Source of the DNA: Phoronis australis
Taxonomy: Eukaryota; Animalia; Phoronida
Direction of reading: 5' to 3'
Assembly: GCA_002633005.1 (NCBI GenBank)
Contig: NMRA01000210.1
Coordinates: 580,178-644,177 of the forward strand
DNA: 64,000 nt
The notes below the pieces were generated by a model. It saw only the letters and a program-made list of their open reading frames with translations. It ran no database searches and was not told where the DNA came from. The translations under genes were made by a program, and so were the position numbers. Below, piece after piece: positions 1 through 12,300 of the stretch. The first letter of the stretch is position 1. The number at the start of each line of letters is the position of its first letter.

Positions 1-319
1 GATGACCAAGGCGTGGGCCGAAACTGTTAAGCACCCAGCGTGTTCCATTTGTCTGCTGCGTTTTTCCTTTGGCCTAACAGATGTCGGTTAGTGCCTGGGA
101 CAAATAGATACATTGCATAAACAATCCCTGGGTTGCTTTTTGTTCCGTCTGAAGAAAATTTAATTTCGAAAATATCTTCTGAAAATGAACAAAAAAGTGC
201 ATTAGTAAAATCAACAAGTTTTTAAGTGGTCTCAAAAAAACAGTTGGTAAATGCATTAATTTTAGTCTCAGTTCTTCCACGCGTGTTTCTCCCGAGAGGT
301 TAGTACCTAACGTGCAGAC

Positions 320-382
320 AAGCGTTCCAAATTGGAACGCTAAGTCCCGCGTGGCAGCGCTGCACGCGAAACAAGATGGCGG
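320..382 (+). promoter_or_regulatory. CpG-rich promoter/TSS region of KIF22 with YY1-type CAAGATGGCG motif over the ATG and an E2F-like site
   Basis: CAAGATGGCGG at 372-382; CACGCGAAA (reverse TTTCGCGTG, 1 mismatch to E2F consensus) at 363-371; local CpG enrichment against AT-rich flanks. Confidence 0.4.
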
Positions 383-3300
383 ACGACCTTTGGAGACTGA
401 CGACGAGAGGTAATCGGACTATACATCAAAAACACAGACAAGACAATTCGTTAGAGCAAAATGATTCCTACGTGCTATACCAGACCAGTACCGGAATCCG
501 TCAAACCAATTTATTTGACTATCCCTTCACACACAGACAGTCAGAGAGTGAGACGATCCAAGCAATACCGTAGAGCGTAGAGGCAAAGGTGAGATATTCC
601 GCGCACTTTCCCTTGTTGTCTTAACGGAAGTGAAGGATAATAAAATACTTTCGATAACAAGCAAGAATAGCAAAACATATCAGTTTCTAAAACTTTCTCC
701 TAAAATATTCGTTAAATTGAATACTGAGTCCCTTCTTTTACATTTTTCGATTAAACTTTTCTAAATTAGTAAACGAACTGTCGAATTTCTTTACTTTCCG
801 AAGTCAGGTTTGCAAAATGCGGCTCTCCGATTGGTTGCTGTAACAGGACACAAGATTCAAGTTGGAGAAGTCTCGGTTAAAATAGCTCTCCTAGTTTTTC
901 AGTAAACACTGGTAAATAGCTGATAAAAAACATTATTAAATGGCACAAGTCGTGATTTCAACAAAAAGTGCATTTTGTGCATTTTTCGTGTATAGCTGTG
1001 ACACGGTCACTCTAGAGTTGCACAGTTGGTGAACATGCAATGAGTATGATAGGCTTGTCCTGTTTTTGACAAGTGAATTTATTAGTCACCATCTAGTAGC
1101 CTGTGCAGTTCATCATTCCAATGCTGGAAGACATCTGTTACTGCATTTTGAATTGCAGCCTTGACACCAAGAAAGTTGGAGACCTGGCAGATATCAGCAG
1201 ATCAATGCTGGTTGTGCTCATGGTCATGGAACCATAGATATTATGGAACCAACTCAGTTGCGCCGGTCATGCCATGCACTTTTCTGTCTTCACTAAATAA
1301 GAGAATTCACTTGAGATGGCTTTATTGATTAGATTGAAATGGACAAGAGTGATTCTGAAAAATTGTTTACCATCCCAGCCTTCCCATCTTTTTGATGGAT
1401 TAATTTTTGGCTGCCATAGGCGTAGTTAAATAATGACTGACAGTGCTTTCTGTTTGTCCCCAGGGGCGGAAAGTTCTAAACTATATTTGGTACAGGTAAG
1501 GTGTGCTGCTGGTTTATTGTAGAAATGAACCCTTGTTAAGGGATAATTCTGTAGTATAGCTGAGATTTCCCGACCCGGGAATCGAACCATCGACCTCCAT
1601 AAAACCGGCAGTCATGCTAACCATTCAGCTAATAGGCAATTGCCCATTAGCAAGTGGCTAACAGGCTCATATGATTCACGGGAAGCACATCTACAACACC
1701 CCCCCCCCCCTTCATNCGGAACTGGCATGCCACCAGGAAGGTGAATACCAGGTTTTGTCGCTTACAGTCATCAACTTCCGTTGTACCTCTGCCACCACAA
1801 CACAGGTGAACACAAGGTTGTTTCTCATACAGGTCCTCGACTCATGGAACTTTTACCATCACCATAACCATGCGCGCTATCCGAAGTCCACGGTTACTAG
1901 TTGGCAGTGCTTCATCGGTAGATCATCTGTTTGCCGACTACTCCATTTGCAGTAAATAGCCAAGATTACCCGACCCGGGAATCGAACCAGCAAACCCATA
2001 AAACCGGCAAACGTGCTTTCCATTCTAATAGGCAATTGCCCATTAGTGAGTGGCTGACAGGTGCATATGATTCACCGGAAGCATGTCTACAGTATTTCTA
2101 TCACGCTAACCTTTTGGAGGAATTATTGGACGGTTGATTAAGGCTTTTTAATTTAGCCCCTATAAGAAGATGCCATGTGTCGTGTCTTGTCAATTCGTAG
2201 TTACCTGTAGTAAATTGCATGTTTCCAGAAATGATTACTTCATTTATGTCACATAAGTCTTTAAAATATAGATCAACAACACTTCTATAGAGTTGTGTAG
2301 TTGAAAAAGGGAACCAAGATGAAATCTTTTGTAAGGAATTTTGTTGGAATTTAGGCACCCTTTTGTAGGGTATTTTGTCAGAAAGGCACGCTTTTATACG
2401 GAAAGTCCTCGTGAACAAGTCACCCCTCTGAGGGACATGTTCCAATACATCATCCATGGGAGTACCCACCAGTTTTTGCCATAGATATTCTCTACATTAC
2501 TCTATTAGTCTAGGCAGTTTAAGGTAGGCCCACAACACAAACACAGGTCCTCCGCAGGTTTTGTTTTAAGCGATTCTTTTTCTCATTCAAAGGTTGTTTC
2601 TAACATGGACAAGACTCGTAAATCAGTTGGTGTGAAGGTCATAGCACGAGTGCGACCTTTATTAAATGCTGAAGACGAGGCTCACGTCTATGCTGTGGAT
2701 GGTTCTACAGTAGAAACATTCAATCATCGTAACTTAAAGGAAAGTCTACAGTATCAGTAAGTGCAACACAAAACTGTATTTATTATAATAAAATGCCATT
2801 CTTGGTCCATTCAAGATATACATACTATTGTTACTTGAACCTGGTTTGTTGGACTGTATTCCAAGATCCTCGAGGACATCTCCGTCTCCTTCAGTGGGGA
2901 TGGTTAATAATGACCAGAGTTCCTGCCAATAGTAGAAGTCAACCTCATCCTATTGAAGGAGATGAGGACATCTCCAACTATTTAGGAATTTGGCAAATAT
3001 AGCACCGCAGACCAGGTTCAAGTAACAATAGCTCTGTATTTATTGTTTTGCATTCAAGTGCGTGCACTTTCACATACTTAATACTTACTCAAATTATCTA
3101 CATTTCGCTCTGTTTAGCTGGCTAAAAATGATGATCGAATTGAGTCTTTTATTCTCCTAAAATCAGTCTTGTGATTCCTGAAAATGTTTTGATTGCGGAT
3201 TAATTTTGAATCTCTTTTTAAGTCTGTTAGCATACAGGGATATCTACTTAGTGTTTCAGTCACTCAATTCTCCCACCATCATCAGGTCTTCATGCTTTAG

Positions 3301-6300
3301 TCACAGAACGTGGTATCAATTTTGTTGACAAATTTCTGGTTTTTCCGTGAATTAAAGCTGTACCATCGGCTTCTAGCTTAGTAATTCATTACTTATGATT
3401 CCTTTACGTAACTGACCGAAACAACAAAACAGCAAAGGAAGGAATTAGATAATCATTACAGTTCAGGAATCAGTTGGTTGGCGAATGTCTTTTCAGGTTC
3501 CACAAAGTCTTCAATGAGGATAGCAAGCAGTCAGATGTGTTTGATTATGTCCGTCCCTTGTTAGGAGGCCTTTTTGAAGGCTTGAACGCTTGTGTACTTG
3601 CCTATGGACCTACAGGAGCAGGTTTGTCTTATTTAAGCGTGTTATATTTAAGCCATTGAACATTGGAGAAATTATTAACCTCATTGATCCCAGACTTTTA
3701 ACACTGCATTTTATAAAAAAGACTACTTTTGTTTCACACTTTAAATGATCAGTTTGGTCCGTTCCTGTCTGAGAAACAACAGAATATATCCTAATAAGGT
3801 TCTGAAGTGAGCCCACTTTGCTAGGGTTACACATAACCTAAGGCATGTTATTTTTAGCACGTTGTGGTGTCCGCTATGTAAACTAGTTCTGTCTCACTAA
3901 CATATACTATACATGTTACAGGCAAGACCCACACCATGGTTGGTAGCGAGGCGGATCCAGGGGTCATACTGAGGTGCGTTAGTCATATCTTCAATCGCAT
4001 TAATGATCACAAGGAAAACCAGCGTAACTGTGTCATCAAAATGTCATTTCTGGAGATTTACAATGAAAAGGTTAGTCTCAACTCCCGCTGTTGCTGAGGT
4101 GCCTCTCTGTTCTTCTGTCAATATCTAAAATGTTTTGGAATGCTTTTGTGTATATATGTGATCTTGGCCGACACTTCCTTGTATGTATTTTGCAGAGTGG
4201 AAATTGACTTCTTAGTTCTGTTATTGACTTTTTGGTAATGGCCAGATGTAACATGCCCGCATTTTGAGAACCAGATTTCTCCACTGATTAACAGGCATCA
4301 AAGTGCTTCTCAAAATACAGCCATGTTACATCCGACTGTTTCCAACTTTTTTATGGATTAGTGAAAACCCCTGCATGTGCCTTCTAGGGCAGGGATTTGT
4401 AGGATTCGAGTTATCCAATAATTGATCAAAAAATGCCACAAAGGTAATCTGCACACGGTGAGCTGCAGGAAGTTGATGGCAGACCGATGCTACCTGTTTA
4501 CTGGTGTCTGTGATGAAATGAACCTTCGATTGCTTGATAAGCTTTAAAAGGAGGTTTTCTTTAGAGATCATTTATCATCATTTACTGACATTCTGTTTTG
4601 GATAATTACTATATCATAGTACGTTATGTACATAAGGTGTTATGCTACCTGTAAAAAAAGTCAATGAAAACTGTTTGGTCAGATCATTGGATGTTATAGA
4701 AAAAAAAAACAATATAAAGACTCAAAGGTTTGTGGGTGACTGCTTTTTATGTTCAGAATGTCTGATGGTTTACCCAGGTACAAGATCTACTAAATACAAA
4801 AAGTCAAGATCTTCCCATACGTGAGGACGGCAACAAACAAATCTTTGTGAGAGGATTAACAGAGAAGAAAATAACATCATTGGAAGATTTTAATGAGATC
4901 TTTAACAAAGCCTCTCAACACCGGTTTGTAATTACATTTATCAACTAGAATGAATGCACCTACGCTATTTATGGATGTTCAGCCAACCATTGAATTTTGG
5001 TCTTTTAAAATACTTTGGTCCCTTTCACACAAAGCGTACCCTAGAACAACTTGCACTAGTGCAACTTACCCCACTTTTTAGTGGAGCGTCCACACTCACA
5101 TCCGATAACTAGGTTAAGTTGGAAGTTGCCGCTCAGTGCATGACCATGAACAACTGATGCGAAAGAAGACCTGTCTGTTAGGTAGCTCAGGGCTTGGAAT
5201 TTTCCGCGGAAACGCGGATTTCCGCTTTTTTCAAATGTTCTGTCCGCGTATTTTATTATACTTCCACGTAAAAAAAATCGGATTTGATATAAAATTTCCG
5301 CAGCAAATTTCTTTCTTACCGCCGCGTTGCCGACGACTTTCACCTCGAAAAGCGGAAGTTGCTCTTTATGTTTCGGAGGAACGTAAATTGTCAACATTGC
5401 CGGGGCATCTGGGATAGCGTGGTGGATTTCCTCAATGGTGGCTCGTGTGATTGTAAACCGCGGTGCCAAATACTACGACTCTGCAGCCAAAAATGTTTGG
5501 AGGTGGGAGTGGCGGACAAGCTAAGACGGGCACAGACGCACGCTTCCGGAGGTGGTACCGTTTTTATGCGCCCACATATTTATATGTGGACGCATTATGC
5601 CGTCATCTCTGTCCGTCCGTCCGGGCGGCGTCCGTCCGGCGTCTGGCGTCCGGCGTCCGCTGCTCTATCTCCAAAACCCTTTGACATACGTTCATGAAAT
5701 TTGGCACATATGTTCCATTCATGAATGGGACGGCATGTGCGAACTTTCGGACGGATCCGACTACCGGTGTGCCCCCTAGTGGCAATTTTAGTTTTTTACG
5801 CTTACCTTTGTATCTTCAAAAGTCCTGAACGGATTTTCATGAAATTTGGTATGTAGGCACCTATTAGTGAGATGACGCTATCCTCCTGTTTTCAGATGGA
5901 TTCGACATAGTTTGCGCCACCTAGTGGCCATTTTTACTGTTTTCGAGTCTGTATTTTTGCGTCCACCCCTCTATCAACCAAACCGCTCAAAGGATGATTG
6001 TGAAAATTGGCGTGTATGTGCTTACTATAAGGAAGACAGCTGACAATGATTTTCAGACGATTTGGACTACTGTGGCGCCTCCTAGTGGCAGTTTTGTTTT
6101 TTTGCGCCCATGGCTGTATCTCCCAAACCGTTTGCAGGATCTTTACTAAATTTAGCAAGTGTATTTATGTGATGTTGACAACGGACGATGACGACTTTAG
6201 GATGATTCTGACTACCGGTATGCCTCTAGTGGCAATTTTAGTATTTGCCTCTAGTGGCAATTTTAGTATTTTACATTGACCTCTGTATTTTCATAGGTCT

Positions 6301-9300
6301 TCAGGTGTATACTTTGTGTTACTTCGTGACTGTGAAGGAAAAGTTCCAAGTAGAAATTTGTTTCTGGCATTCTAATGCTGTGCTAATCTCGTATGTTGGT
6401 AAATTTGTTTTTAATTCTATGTTTCTGTGGTGCTTTAAGCAACTGGTGTATAGGATGTGCTTGTATTATGAAGATTACTCACATTTTGCCCCTAGCCTAT
6501 TGAGGAGACAATGACCATGCCTTTCCATTTTGCAAAGTATGCCCTCTACTGGCCACTTTATGGTACCAATAAACAACCCTAGAAGGATACCGTATGCGGT
6601 GCAATTGTGGGCGCATTTCAACGCTCCGCGTTGCTCTTGTTTTTTTTTTAGTCCTCTCGATTTTTGTCGGCAAAAGGTCTACACAGACTTTTTCAAGGCT
6701 GGCTGCGCGCATGTTTCGGGCTGTAAAAATTTCCGCGTTTTTCGCCATTTGTCATTCCAAGCCCTGTGATGATTACTTCCGCCTTGCCCCAGGTTTGCGG
6801 CCACACAGCGATTATAAGTGGTGCAAGTTACCCTAGAACAAGTTACCCGACCTTAATAAGGTATGGTAAGTTGTCACAAGTGGGGCAAGTTGCACTACTT
6901 AAATAGCGTCCACATAGCACTCAAACCTAGCGACAACTCATTCCAGGAGTACCTTGTTCTAGGGTAAGTCTGTGTGGACGGCAATTTTGTCTGATAGCTA
7001 ACACACTTGTAAAGCTCTTTACTTATTGTACAGAAATAATGTCGTTTTTATTAGATGATGGACATTATTATTATTCACCCATGTGAATAACTAGATGTGA
7101 AAAAATTTTAAATCACCACTTCTGGAACTTATGAAATAAATTTCTCGGAAATTTGTTTTAGTAAGTTCCAGAAGTTGAGATTTATATAGTTTTTCACTTC
7201 TAATCTTGTGTTTGTATTTCATCGTAGTGTTAAATGTATTTTAAGTTGATATTTGTGTAAGGTAATGCATTATACAATATAAACCACTTTCAGTGTTCAA
7301 AGTATTGTGTCACCTAACTTCAAGTTTGCAAGCTGTGAGAAAGTTTTTCAAGTGGTAACAAGTTTAGTTTTATTTTTGGATCAAATCATACACGTCACAC
7401 ACTAAGTATTTTTTAACTCTCCAGTCTGTGTGTAAAATCATAATTGATTAGCAATGGGTTTTAGACATTTTTGATTTTTGTTTTTCAACTAATCTTTGGT
7501 AATAATGAATTTATAGACCATAGTAAATTAGAGTGTTGTTGACACACTCATCAGACATCATTGTTGTTACAGAACTACTGCTGCTACAAAGTTGAATGAA
7601 CAAAGTAGTCGAAGTCACTGTGTCCTTAGTATTAAAATAGAAAGAAGTCAGGCTGATCATTTGTTGATTGGCAAGCTCCACCTGGTGGACTTGGCTGGAA
7701 GTGAAAATAACAAAAGAACTGGAAATCAAGGGATTAGGTAAAATGCCAGCAGAAGTGACTGAGTGCATGAGTTAATTATGATGGAATGCTGTGAGCCCTG
7801 AATGTTTACCACTGGTGACTCTTTGATTTTCTGTTTTCTCGTTTTAAAACGATTGCTATAGACAAACAGATCACTTACTTTGGCTGATATTAATTATCTC
7901 ATTGATACAGTACAGTTTTCAGATATTTTGTCTAGCAGGCAGCGCCCAGATGTCGGGGAGAAGGGACCAGATGGCTGACGTTAGCCTGTGTCGTTGTGCG
8001 GCTGGCCAGGTCCTTGCCACGCCTGGGCGCTGTCTGGTTGCTGCCCGTTGAACAAAATATTTGTGACCTGTAAATGGTTAAAACCAGGAACTGCATGACA
8101 CGTTCTTCTGATATTTGTTTTGATGTCAAAGTAGCCATGTTCATGCACATGGTTTCAAACTGAATAACAGCTTTTAGTCAGTTTCGATTTCATGATTGTT
8201 CAGTTGTAAGCAACTGTTGTGTGACAATGTACCCCACCGAATGAATCATCCAACAGTGATCTGATATTCACTAGCGTGATATGTGTAGAACCTTTATTGT
8301 TGCCACACGTGTTTTCATCATTAGACCAAGGAGTGTACAAAGAATGGGAGAGTTCACTCCGTCATCTTGCCATTCGCCACAATGGTTATCGGTCAAAAAA
8401 CATGCGCCTCAAGCGACGAATAAGCAACACAAATTTAGCGGCGCAGTCCGAACCATGTAAACACTGATAAATACATACTTAAATGACATTCGACGTGCAA
8501 TAAAATTACTGTGTGGTTGAAAATAGTTAAAATACGTAAACTAACATCCCCTTTATCGAATGAGAATCAAAATGTGTGTTTTAATCAATCTTGAAGTGTA
8601 TTTGCTTTCATTCTCTTGAAGCTTCTTTCAAAAGCCGTCATGGTTTTGATTCATGTTTGCGTTCTTAAATAGGCAAATTACCGTTCCTCATAACATTTCA
8701 TACCTCCAAAGACTACGTAATTTTAGTGATTGCTCCGGGGGGTTCAGGATGGAGTTGCCCTCAGGTGCCAGCAAAGGGGTACAAGGGAGGAATGCAAACC
8801 AGGTGTAGTGGGCACCAAATGGATGTTTACCCCCTCCCAGGGGTTACATGCGAGGATTGCTAAACAGTTAAAAACCAATGGGGTATGCCACATGAGTGTT
8901 TAGCTCCTCTCATCGTCACAAATTTTGGTTTTTCCCCTGACCATTGACAACGTGCTGAGGTGGTGATAAGGTTTGGTCCTTGTTTTGAGCATGACCCCCA
9001 AGGACTTTTTCTTGTAATGACTGGTGGCCATCATGCCCCAGTACCATCCAGGGTGATTTCCAACTTTTCATTACAAAGTGCTCCCAGCTCACTGCGCGTT
9101 TCATGTCCACCCAACAGTTTTGAATGTGTTCCCTATAACCTATTGAATACTCCAGGCTGCTACCAGTGCAGAAAATTGGACTGTGCAGTAGGTGTAAAAC
9201 TAGTAAGAAGAAGAAAGCAAGACAATTCATCACTATCACAACATTGTATTCCATTCTGATGCTCCCTCACGTAAAATTTTAGTAGACGTACATTGACAAC

Positions 9301-12300
9301 AAAGTATCTGCAGAAGGAAGAGCGTAGCCTGTGCAGTAGCCTACATTGCAGACGACAGTGGCACCGGGAGTGCGATCGACTTGTCTTCCAACTGTGAACA
9401 CAACACAAAATGAAAGACAATGTAACATTTTATTAAGTAACAAATAATCCTTACATTTCTGGATCCTTAGGAAACGTAAAAATGAATGAGACATCTGGGG
9501 TTTTCGTAGATGAATTAGTGCAATTTATCGCACTGCAAAGTGCGCCTTTCCCCATTGTTCTCGCCCTTCCTACTTGACCGTTGCTTATTCACCACTTGGC
9601 GGCACTAGTGGTAGCGATAACGGCAAACTCACAAATGAACTCTCGTATTGTACTGCACTCCTTGATTAGATTGTGAGATACTTATTTAAAACATGTGTTT
9701 GCAATTTACCTATTTTGCCATGTAAGGGTAGCACTTTTTCATCCATTATATACAATTTAATTGTAAGTGAATGACTGTGCTTTTTCCTAGCTTTTTTATT
9801 TCTTTTAAGAGATGCTGCAATAAGTAATATTTTGAGATGTTTTTGTATCTTGTCAATCTTGCAGTAACAAGAATATCCGTACTGTACAGTGGTCACTCTT
9901 GAAGCAATCCAATAGTTTCTGACTGTCTTGTCACTATGCTTAATTCTCTGGGGAAACACTCCTTCCCAAAGCTGTCTGTTGTAGTTATGGTACTCAAATA
10001 AACACTCACTGCAAAGAGCTTGGTGTTGTAGTGGTACACTGCTGTCTGTTTGATCTTACCTGTTGTTCCTATTTCACTTCAGACTGACGGAGTCGGGTGC
10101 CATCAACAAATCCTTGCATGCACTGGGTCAAGTGGTCGACGCTTTAAACCATGGCCGTTTAGTTCCTTATAGAGACAGTAAACTAACCAGAATCTTACAG
10201 GTTTGTAGACTAAAGGTTGATTGACACCAACAAATTGTTCAACAATTGTTATGGCCATACCATTGTTGTTATCAAGTGTATGAAAAATGATACCATATTT
10301 TTAAAAATTTGCCCACAATTATATCAAGCTGTTTAAAATTGTTCCTGGTGTCAAAAAGTTGTGCTCTCATTTAGGTCAAAGTACATTGGTGGTTATGCTT
10401 TGGAGGAGGCAGTGTGCCCTTGTTTAATAGGTGCCCGCTTTCTTTACTCGAGGTCGTGGATTCTAGTCCCACTGGGTCAAACTGCTAATCCCATGAGTCA
10501 AGTTTCTAGCTCCTCGGCTGTATATTAATAAAGCATAAAAATGGTTCCAGGTGATCAGTGCAATGAGCCCACATACGCGGCCTGCACACGTCTGGTACAA
10601 CGTGTATCAGACTGCCTGCAATGTTTTTTTCATTACTCTTTGAAACTTTCATCTGAGAAGAACTGGAAATGTGTTAGGTAATAGAAAGTTACTTGTTGCA
10701 GTCATGGAAGTTTTTGAAACCACTGACTATCAGTCTCGTCTTGAGGCTAGACCGAAAGCTAGTGGCTTCAAAAATTTCCATGACTGACTGGTCACTTTCT
10801 ATTACCAGTATTCTAACGAAGCCGGTGATGTAAGTATTCATGCTATTTAAAATACGTTGTTGTCAAAGTTTGAGACTGAATCCAGGTCTGTGTTTCAACT
10901 TGTTTGTTGTCTTGTTGCAGGATTCACTAGGAGGCAACAGTCATACTCTGATGATAATCAACATTGCTCCAGACCAGTATTGGGAGACATACAGTACTCT
11001 AAACTTTGCACAGAAGAGCAAAAGAATTGTCAACAACACATACGCAACGCAAATGGCAGGTATGTGCAGACACAGGAAACCTCACAACCTACCGAGGCTA
11101 TGAAAGGATTTGAAGTCTGAATGTCTCTTCATCTGAAAACAAATTGTCGATCGTGCAGAAGGTTGGGTAGACGTTCTTCAGTCTTAGATTTACATTAAAG
11201 TAGGGGAGCACATACGATGCTTGTTACTTGCCAATCATTCAAAATCTATTTGTTGCTAGTATAATTGCTATTATTGCTGTTATTATGTTTTTTTGGTTAT
11301 TCCAGTATGTTGTGATTCGTCTCATGTCGTCCCGTTTTCCAATAGGAATCAATGTCTATTCTGTTGTTTGATACGGCTATGTGAGGTAAAATGACTAAAC
11401 TTCAGAAATTCATCAAGGTCTTGAGCAAGGTGATCATTGTCAACCATTAGGAAACGCCGTCAGTGGCATGACACTCGTTGCTGTCACTGCTTTCTTGTTA
11501 ATCATTTTCTCTGGCGAAAAAATATTTAATTGATTTTACAAACAGAAATGTACATGTTTATTTCTGGAAAATGACATGTTGACTCTTGATACTACAGCCA
11601 AGCATGGGACACCACCAACACAGCCAGTAGACTGCCAGTCAAGGGAAAATGTGCAGGTATCAGCACAAGAACAGCGTGCCCCACCACGTCCATTTCTTAG
11701 GTAAGTTATCCAGTGTCTTGTTATCCTCTAGTTAAATCATTATCTCCCCTGCCAGTTATCTCCGCTCTCCTGTATTAGAGTCCAGTTAGTGTGTGTGTGC
11801 TCTGGAATAAAACAGCTTTGACTACTGCACTTTTCTAACTTCAAAGGATTGTGCTGTGGTCCAAGCCTAGTTCTACAACCTTCAGTAGAAATTTGTTGGT
11901 TAGTTGTGAGCTTGGCATATTATCATTCACTTCTTATTTCTGGCACGCAATTGATAGGCTGCCAAAAAGTTCCCCGATTTCCCACAATTCATTGCACAGA
12001 TGACTTTCCGCACTACCCATTCAAGGTAAATGGATTTGTGAATGTTTTCAACAAACAAATGACTTGATGCTTTTATTTTGTATTCCAGTCCCTTGCTACG
12101 TGTAGAGAACACCCTACATGATGCCACCAGCAGACTGGAGGCCCTGGAACAGGCATTGTTAAAGCAGATGAACCAGCCAGCTTCAGGTCACCATGTGATA
12201 CCAACCAATGAGAATCTAGAACCGTCTCTTGCTGCAGAGATCAAGAACATCAAGAAGCACCTGGAGATGATGAAGGCCGACAAAGTTAGAGAAACAGGTT

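Larger units (their letters stand above)
5017..6984. mobile_element. Outer non-autonomous DNA transposon (PIF/Harbinger-like) hosting two nested insertions
   Basis: Imperfect TIRs: ...TTTCACACAAAGCGTACCCTAGAACAA at left versus TTGTTCTAGGGTAAGTCTGTGTGGACGGC at right. Motifs GCGTCCACA, TACCCTAGAACAA and GCAAGTT recur on both sides of the nested inserts. Superfamily inferred only from the CCACAC-type terminus. Confidence 0.55.

Noticed and set aside
1568-1640. tRNA gene
   Set aside because: Has A and B boxes but no convincing cloverleaf or anticodon arm, and lies inside a duplicated TG...CA LTR.
5056-6836. Cluster of overlapping ORFs (e.g. 5056-5469, 5359-5697) read as genes
   Set aside because: They fall within GC-rich non-autonomous repeats, show no protein motifs, and the frames are not preserved in the sister copy at 27286.
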